A DNA stretch of 64,000 bases, taken from assembly GCF_009914755.1 (NCBI RefSeq), contig NC_060927.1. One strand, 5' to 3'. Each line of letters begins with the position of its first letter. The first letter of the stretch is position 1. The position numbers were made by a program, and so were the translations under genes. The stretch is from the human T2T-CHM13v2.0 reference genome, Homo sapiens. Below the pieces are notes generated by a model, which was given only the letters and a program-made list of their open reading frames with translations, did no database searches and was not told the origin of the DNA. Below, piece by piece: positions 55,207 to 64,000 of the stretch.

Positions 55207-56159
55207 ATCTTGTTAATAAATGATGATAACAGTAACAATTTTGGAAGATTCATGGAAATAATGCATAGGAACTACTTAGCACTCTGCATGGTACATAGAA
55301 ACTGCTCAAATATCCTTAACTCTCATTATCATTACCAGCTGTCCTATTGTTTTAGGAGGATAAAATACATATCTTAAGTTAAAATGTTTTTTTATTTGGT
55401 TGTGTCGTTTTGCACGGAATAGTAGGGAGAAGCCTCCTGATTTGTTTCTCTCGTGGAAATTTGATCTGTATCTGCTAAAAAATGTTTATCCCTTCTTCTG
55501 TAAAAGGGACTCTTTCCCCTACGGTGAGTAGTATATAGTGAATATCAATGCTGATACATTTAAACTGTGGAGGCATCAGGGGACCAACCTGCAGTGATGC
55601 TAAGTGGAACTGACAAGATAATGACATGTGGGTTATTGTTGATTAATCCAGGTCACTGGAGAATCATTGGGAAATGCATTTATCCTTTCACCTGACCCTC
55701 CCAACCCCACAAAAATGATTTACAGTAATCTTGGAGTCACCCAGTCCTTTCTTCCACATCTTCCAGAACTTAAAAAAAAAAAAATCCGATGTTTGTACTA
55801 TTTCCCCTCTTCCCTACTTTTGATGACGGCCAATTTGTTAAAAATGTAAGAATGGCCAGATGTTTGGTGTTTGTGTTAGTGGCAGCCTGGAGCTAAGTAT
55901 GATTTTTTACAGTGAGGTAAAATACTTGCTTCTTACTCTACCAAGTACTTTTTACACCTCCCTTTATAGCCCTTTTTGTAAGCAAAGATGCCTGACTTCT
56001 GTTTCTCATCTGTGAAGTATCATAGGTCTAGAGTCCATTAGACATGATAGCCAAATATAAAACGTTCTAAAAATGGAAAGGTTTTTTTTTTTTTTTTTCC
56101 GATTATGTGGTGGCAAAACCTAACCTGTCCTGAAATCATTTGGTGATTGAAGTAGTAAT

Positions 56160-56545
56160 TACTATGCTTCTAGAAATATTTTTAGCTCTCCATCTCCAGG
56201 CGTATGGTAGCCTTACTTATCCCGCCCTCTTCTAAGTTGAGCATGACTCTCAAACTCAATCAGGCGACTAGAATGAGAATATCGATATGAATGAGGATAT
56301 AGACGTTTGTTGCCTTTAGTTGGAATCTTTCAGAGTAAGGGCATGCTTTGCTGTGTTCTTCTATCCTCTATAGTCAGGGAAGTGTGAAGGTGGAGCTACC
56401 CTCTCAGCCTGGGTACCCCAGTAAGGGAGATGTTGGGCCTAGTCCCCTAAGTGGTGCATTTGCAGCATGAGCAAGAAAACATCTTGCTGTTGTAAGATTC
56501 TATTTGGAGGACTGGTTTGCGGCATAACGTAGTTCACCCAGAGAA
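56160..56545 (+). mobile_element. MLT1 (J/K-like) LTR
   Basis: CTCTCAGCCTGGGTACCCC…GCATGAGCAAGAAAACATCTTGCTGTTGTAAG…GCATAAC. Confidence 0.6.
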
Positions 56546-59500
56546 GTATGTGGTAAATATAGGGCTTTGATTTTTAGTCTTTCATGTAATCAGATGCACT
56601 TTCGGAGAAGGGTTTCAATCTCACTTCCAACCTTTGTATACCTTGTTCCTAATCACACCCCATCATACTATAGGAAAGGTGGAAGGTGGACAGAATCTGG
56701 GATCCCAGCCTCACTCATGGATCCAAGGTCAGAAATCATCTCATGTCTTTCTGCCAGTGAATGTCCTTCTCGTGACCTCATGATATTTTGTGACATCCCT
56801 GATCTGTCCTTCAGTCCATGGAAATGCCCCTGGCTATAGTCATATTTCTCTGTCTATCTAACCATGTGTCTATCTATATTTTCATATTTATCTGGTTGGA
56901 AGCATATATATATATCTTTCAAATACTGGGAAGGCCCAATATTTTGCCTCATTAGGTTATACATACATGATAAACAGCATGATATACATTTTAATATCAA
57001 GTAGATAAAATACAAGCTTTTCTAAGCTATAGGTCATCACTGGTGACCCTATCCTGATACAGTTACTTTAGAGATCTAAAGAGATTAGATATTATATTTT
57101 CTTATTATATAGTACCTTAAATATGTCTATAACAGATAATAAAATAGTGCATTAGCTCATATATACTACCTAAAGAGAGACACTTAATCTTACTGTATTT
57201 ATTTGGAAAGTTTAGGTAATTTCTTACATTAAAATATTTTTCCTTAAATTAACTGCTGATTCTTAGATCAAGTCAGTTATGTATTATTGACCTAAATTCC
57301 ACGTACAGTAATTAGTTTTTGTTTTGCTGGTCATACTGAGTCATTGCGATATTTCTCTGGTATGTGATTTTAGTCTTCTACATGCCCTTTTTTTCTCAGT
57401 CTATCAAGGTACATTACATAGTTTATTTATTCTAAGCGTTTCTACGAAATACAATAATTGTCACTCACTTTTTAAAGGTTTAAATTCCTAGGCTAGCAAA
57501 GGAGTAAGTTATTTTCCTATATGCAGTCAAACCTGGGTGACACAGTATGGAAGATGTTTAATATCTGTCCATATGTCTGTTTATTCTTTCATACAGCGAC
57601 ACATGTGTTGCACAACTATAACATACCAGGCATAGTCAGTAGCGTCTGGGAATATTCAAGTGAAGAAATCTAAGTTCTAGCTACTCCATGGAGAAGATGC
57701 TTTTAGACTAGAACAAGGTAGACAAGGTGTGTTTTGCACGTAGTCTTTCATTTTCAGAGTGCCTGGCCCATGCTTAACACCAAATAGGTAGAAAGTGAAT
57801 GCATGGACTTGTAACCAACATGTGTCTCATCTGGCCTTTCAAGGAAGTTCTGTGTGAACCCAGAGGAAGTGCTGTGTGAACCCAGGGGAGGAGTGACTAC
57901 ACATGGTTGGCGTTGGATGCATTGGAAAGGCTTCAGATAGGATAGTACTGGACTTGAGCCAATGGGAATTGGCTTGGTGAAGACCTCCAGGGGACAGGGT
58001 GACAAGCCTTGCCTGCAGTGACAGCAGCTTGTGTGAAGGCACAGTGACAGGGATTATGTGAAAAGAGGTGAGCTGTGGTTTTCATGTCCCTGAGGGATCT
58101 GTTTATTTGGGCCAATAACCTATATTTCCTTTTTTTCCCTTGGTCATGGGTGGAAGATATTTACCTATATGACTGATTCTGTACCCAGAAGAGGTGAAAG
58201 CCTAGAACAGATGATTTCTCCAATATTTAAAGTGTAGGTTTTGTCAGCATCTGCATGTGTTATATAGATATATATCCTTAGCACGTGGTGTGTATGTGTG
58301 TGCATGAGCTTGCCTGTGTGTGCCCGAGTACGTGCCTATGAGTGAGAGAGAAGGAACTTACTTGGCATGGGATATGAAGGAAGATACTCAGTATTTGTTC
58401 CGACTCATGCATCCCAACAAAGGCGAAGTAAATGTCTCTGTGGTGTCCCACATAAAACATGAAGCACTAAATAATATTGAGAGAGCCTCGCTGAGCCCTC
58501 CACAAATAGTACATTAATGTCAAGGAAGTGTTGAGGAATTCCCAGACAGCGTTGTAGTTCAATAATGACCGTTATTTATCACAAACGTGCACTCTGTTTG
58601 TTCACATTGGGTAATGAATGACCTTTCTGTTTCCGTGGCCAGGGCCAAACAGGCCTCTGTCGAGGCGGGTGCAGGCTGGGGGCCATTTATCATGCCTCAC
58701 TTAGCCCGATCACTGCCTTAAACGACACCACCAGGGACATACTTGGGCTTAAAGGATCAGGCCCGAAGAAAGCCTTCATGGGTTAACTACTCCAAAAGCA
58801 AATACTGTCCAACCCTTCCTGCTGTCTCTTTCTCTTGGATTTGATGCGACTACAGTTTGGATGAAATCACATGACAGGTTGTCAGGGAGAGTGTATTAAT
58901 CCACAGGAAAAGTATATTTCCAACAGTGATGACTCTTGCAGGATTTTTTGTTGTTTTGTTGCTGTCTGACACAGCTTCCTTTTGGTTTTTTTAATTGAGA
59001 ATTTCTGTCATCCTTCAAGTGAGAGGCATACAGTCAAGAAAATCACCCGGTAGATTAATTTAGCTGGTGTAACATGGTCCTGAACTTGGAATGAAAGGAG
59101 ACAGAGCGCCTGTGTATTTTGGAGGAAGAGGTTGTCTTGCTTGTGATCTGGTTGGGACTGTTGATTTAGTGTGGAACTAAAGACTACTTCATTTTAGTTT
59201 TTATAATGCTGTGATGTTCTTGTATCCTCCACATGGTGGATAGCTCACAGAAAAGAAGAGGAGAAACCTTTGCATGTGGTGATTTAAATACTGCAGTGTG
59301 AAGACAGCATCTTTGTTATACACAGTAGTTGTCCTTAAAAGTTAGATTTACATCACAAGCTGGTCAAATTTATTCACTGAAAAATGCATTTAAAAGCCAG
59401 CTCTGAGAATTGCTGTGATGTCATGTGGCATAACCCTGGGAATACTGCCAGTTCTGAAAACCTGTGTAGCAAATCAGAATTGCCGTATTTTTGGAAACTT

Positions 59501-59637
59501 CACTGTGTGAATTTCAAGACTGCTATGCTTTGGAATTATACGGTGTGAACTGTCTTACTCTGTTGTCGTGGAAGAATACTATCATCTTTTAGGTTGATAA
59601 TGTTTAATTTAGTTGTGTAATTACAGTTCAACCATAA

Positions 59638-60118
<481 letters not shown>

Positions 60119-61569
60119 GATGGATCTCTTTATCGGGAGATATAAATGCATCAAAATTTGTGGAGCTGTAGTGAAATTTGTGCTTTGTTTTTACTTGGTG
60201 GCTTCCTTTCTTTTTTCAAAGACCTAATGAGAATGTTTAAATAACAGACATCTGGGTTCAGCCTTTGAAGCCTTAGCTTGTACTGTCTGATATTCTCAAG
60301 TTTTTGAGGAATATCGGGTCAGTGATGGACATTTAGCTGCAAAATATATTCCTTTAGTGATCCATCTATTTAATCTCACTGATAAAAAGATACTGATACT
60401 GATGAGTATCTTTCCTATTTTCATGGAGGCATTATTCAGGCATAACCCAGGATACTCCTAGCTGCTGTTGCAGAATTTTTCACTGAAATATAGAAATATG
60501 TGTGTAAACATCTGTCTCACAACTTTTGTGAAAGAGCATAATACCCATTTATGGTGAAGAGAAGGAATAAGCAGTTAAGAAAGGAAGCAGTTGAGTGAAT
60601 AATTTTGTCATTTGACTTGCATAAAATCATTGGGATAATTTTTACTTATAAATATACCACACACAGGAAGGACCTTTTGTTCCATTTTAAAAATTGCAGG
60701 TGACACCTGTTTTTTTGTTTTTGTTTTTGTTTTTTTTAACCTCATGTTACTTCTCTTGCTTGATGTTCAACCCAGCTTAAAGTTAAAGCAGACTCAAGCC
60801 ACCATTCATTCATTCTGTTGAGGACAGCATCCATCTGGTATTCTTACTTTGTTAATTCAGTTATTCTATCTACAGTTGTTTCTCACATTGATAACTTAGG
60901 AATTTCAGGAATGGATGAGTTAGGAAAATGCCAATGACCATGGAAATAGAGAAAAAGGTATACCAAATTTTGGGTGCTTTTTGAGTTTTCTGTCTTATGG
61001 GTAAATGATATTTTTGTGCCTTTTTCTCCATTGCAAAAAGGAAATAGTTTTTCATAAGAATTGCTGGTTCAAACTGTATATAGATAAACACACACATAGG
61101 ATAGATATTGATGGGTGGTAAAAGTTTTCTAATTGGTTCAGATGAGAAGATTTAAAAATCACTTAAAAGAGAATAAACAACATCTTGTCTATAACTATTC
61201 TAGGTGGTTTGTTTTTCTAAAAATAATGTAATATTTTAAAAATGTTTCTAGATGATTTCATTTATACATGGATTTATACATTTGTATCTTATAAATATCC
61301 CAGAAAGAGTCAATCAAAAAATTATATCTGCCAAAATAAGTGTAATCATGTTGTTCAGCCTAACAAGAAGGGGGTGCTTTGCATGCACAATTCCATGCAA
61401 ATGAATTCACATTTCCATTTAGCTGTAATGGGCACATTCTCCCCACAGCTGTGCTTTTCGTTGTGACATGGAGATAGAAGCTCCACTTTCAAAATTATTG
61501 GATTTGGAAATGGAGTTAGAATATTGAATTTGGTGCCTAAAATAATAACTATCTCTTTTTAAAAACATT

Positions 61570-61900
61570 ATTATATGCTCAAAACCCCTTCCCTGGACTA
61601 AGTCATTTAATTCTCATAACCCTATGAGATAGGTACTGTGATCATCTTCAGAACAGAGTTTTGGAGCATAGAGAGTGGGTAAGCATCTGGGGCAGGGTCA
61701 TACAACTGGGAAGAAACTGACCTGGACTTGAACCCAGGCTTTCTGGCTTTGGAACTAGCTCTGTTAAGTGCTGTGTGTACAGCCTTCAGGGTATCAGGTC
61801 CTTATCTGACATTATCTCACCCTCTTCCCCCAGTGGATCTTGTAGGGTAGGTATCATTATCTTCATTTTATAGCTGAGAAAACTGAGATGCAGAATATGC
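61570..61900 (-). mobile_element. MIR fragments
   Basis: CCCTATGAGATAGGTACT…, GGTATCATTATCTTCATTTTATAGCTGAGAAAACTGAG. Confidence 0.75.
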
Positions 61901-61934
61901 TGCTCTGATCTTTGGTTTTTACTTACTTTTTTAA

Positions 61935-62308
61935 AAAAAATATTTATTTCTAGTTTGTATTTCAGTAGGTTTTTGGGGAACAGGGTATTTGGTTACATGA
62001 GTAAGTTCTTTAGTGGTGATTCATCAGATTTTGCTGCATCCATCACTTGAGCAGTATACACTGAACCCAATATGTAGCTTTTTATCCCTCGTCCTCTTCC
62101 CACCCTTTCCCCGCTGAGTCCCCAAAGTCCAGCGTTATCATTCCTATGTCTTTGCATTCTCGTAGCTTGGCTCCCACTTATGAGTGAAAACATATGATGT
62201 TTGGTTTTCCATTCCTGAGTTATATCACTTAGAATAATAGTATCCCATTCCATCCAGGTTGCTGTGAATGCCATTAGTTCATCCCTTTTTATGTCTGAGT
62301 AGTATTCC

Positions 62309-62349
<41 letters not shown>

Positions 62350-62385
62350 ACAGTTTCTTTATCCACGTGTTGATTTATGAGCATT
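61935..62385 (-). mobile_element. L1PB-type 3' fragment (ORF2 C-terminus) with internal (TG)18
   Basis: ORF 61993..62310(-) MEYYSDIKRDELMAFTATWMEWDTIILS… is an L1 ORF2p C-terminus; GTAAGTTCTTTAGTGGTGAT 3'UTR motif; (TG)18 at 62311-62346. Confidence 0.88.
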
Positions 62386-62621
62386 ACCTCGTTCTCCTTC
62401 TTTTTATTTGAAGGGTGGAGTAGAGTTAGCCTGAGGTGCAGGTAGAGTCTCCTGACTGAAAGTTATAAATTGAATTCTACATATGACCCTAAATATATAC
62501 TATAGGACTTTCACTATAATGCCCCCAATTTTGCAGGGCAATTTGCTACATCTGTCAAAATCCAGTGTGCATGTGCTTGATATAGCAAATCTGCTTAAAA
62601 ACGTGCAGAAGAAATCTCTAG

Positions 62622-63115
<494 letters not shown>

Positions 63116-63664
63116 GTGTTGAAGTGTTTTCTATGGAAGCTCATCTTTGAAAGGAGAGCTCTGTGTAAATGTTAGGTATTCTCATCCACAAAGTTATGGG
63201 TCTTCCTTATTTCTCATCTACTTTATTGGCTTCAATTAGTCACAGCACAGTAACTTAAAATGATTAATAACATGGAGGTCAGCTTAGGATTTCAGAAGAT
63301 GCTTTTCTTGGGAAGTAAACATAACGGATTGCTTATATATTACTCTTTTAGGTTATTTGTCAAAGAACACATTTGCCTTGGAAGGATGTTTGTTACAGCA
63401 TCTTTTCTTCTTTCTTTGACATGTTGCCTCTCTTGAGTCATTTCTTCACAAAAAGTCTCTTGTGGTTGCAACTGTTAGATGGAGCTTTGATAAAAATTGG
63501 TCTCAGAATCATCTGGAATATTTATATTGTCAAGTTTTTTCATATAAATTATTTTATGGCCTTAAGAGTGTTTTTTTCTCAAAGATACTACCCTGGCAGG
63601 GGGTCAGTTTACAGTTCAAAACTTTGTTTGCTGTTGAGCTTAATTGATTTAAAAATGTGCTTCT

Positions 63665-63780
63665 AGCCAGGTACAGTGGCATGTACCTGTAGTCCTAGCT
63701 GCTCAGGAGGCTGAGGTGGGAGGATCGCTTGAGCCCAGGAGTTCAAGACTAGCCTAGTGAGATCCTTTTTCTTAAAAACA
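63665..63780 (+). mobile_element. Alu monomer (FLAM/J-like)
   Basis: Short single-arm Alu. Confidence 0.8.
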
Positions 63781-63782
63781 TA

Positions 63783-64000
63783 AGGCTTGCCACGGTGGCT
63801 CATGCCTGTAATCCCAACACTTTGGGAGGCCGAGGCAGGTGGATCAGGAGGTCAGGAGATCGAGACCATCCTGGCCAACATGGTGAAACACTGTCTCTAC
63901 TAAAAATACAAAAATTAGCTGGGCATGGTGGCGTGTGCCTGTAGTCCCAACTACTCAGGAAGCTGAGGCAGGAGAATTGCTTTAACCCAGGAGGTGGAGT
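63783..64000 (+). mobile_element. AluSc-like, truncated by the window end
   Basis: GAGATCGAGACCATCCTGGCCAACATGG; continues past 64000. Confidence 0.93.

Overview
Primate (most likely human) genomic DNA. I find no recognisable protein-coding gene, RNA gene, CpG island or CRISPR array. The window is AT-rich and CpG-depleted and carries about 28 Alu copies or fragments (J, S and Y ages), 3'-end L1 fragments, ERV solo LTRs (MER51-like, LTR16-like, MLT1/MLT2), DNA-transposon fossils (MER3, MER20, MER33, MER58A, MER102/104-like), and many L2/MIR relics. Almost all listed ORFs are Alu read-throughs, L1 ORF2 C-terminal remnants or chance ORFs. By eye the + strand is T/G-rich and has several + strand splice-signal pairs, which suggests the interior of a long intron of a gene transcribed on +; I cannot name the gene. 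I do not see a convincing novel protein system. The most unusual directly visible signals are local DNA-copying scars inside old transposons: two nearby sequences re-copied into an L1 fossil at 28.3-28.6 kb, and fold-back palindromes at 32.7, 48.1 and 49.6 kb. There are also a few candidate cryptic exons and compact enhancer-like motif clusters. Repeat subfamily names come from recalled consensus sequences and boundaries are approximate.
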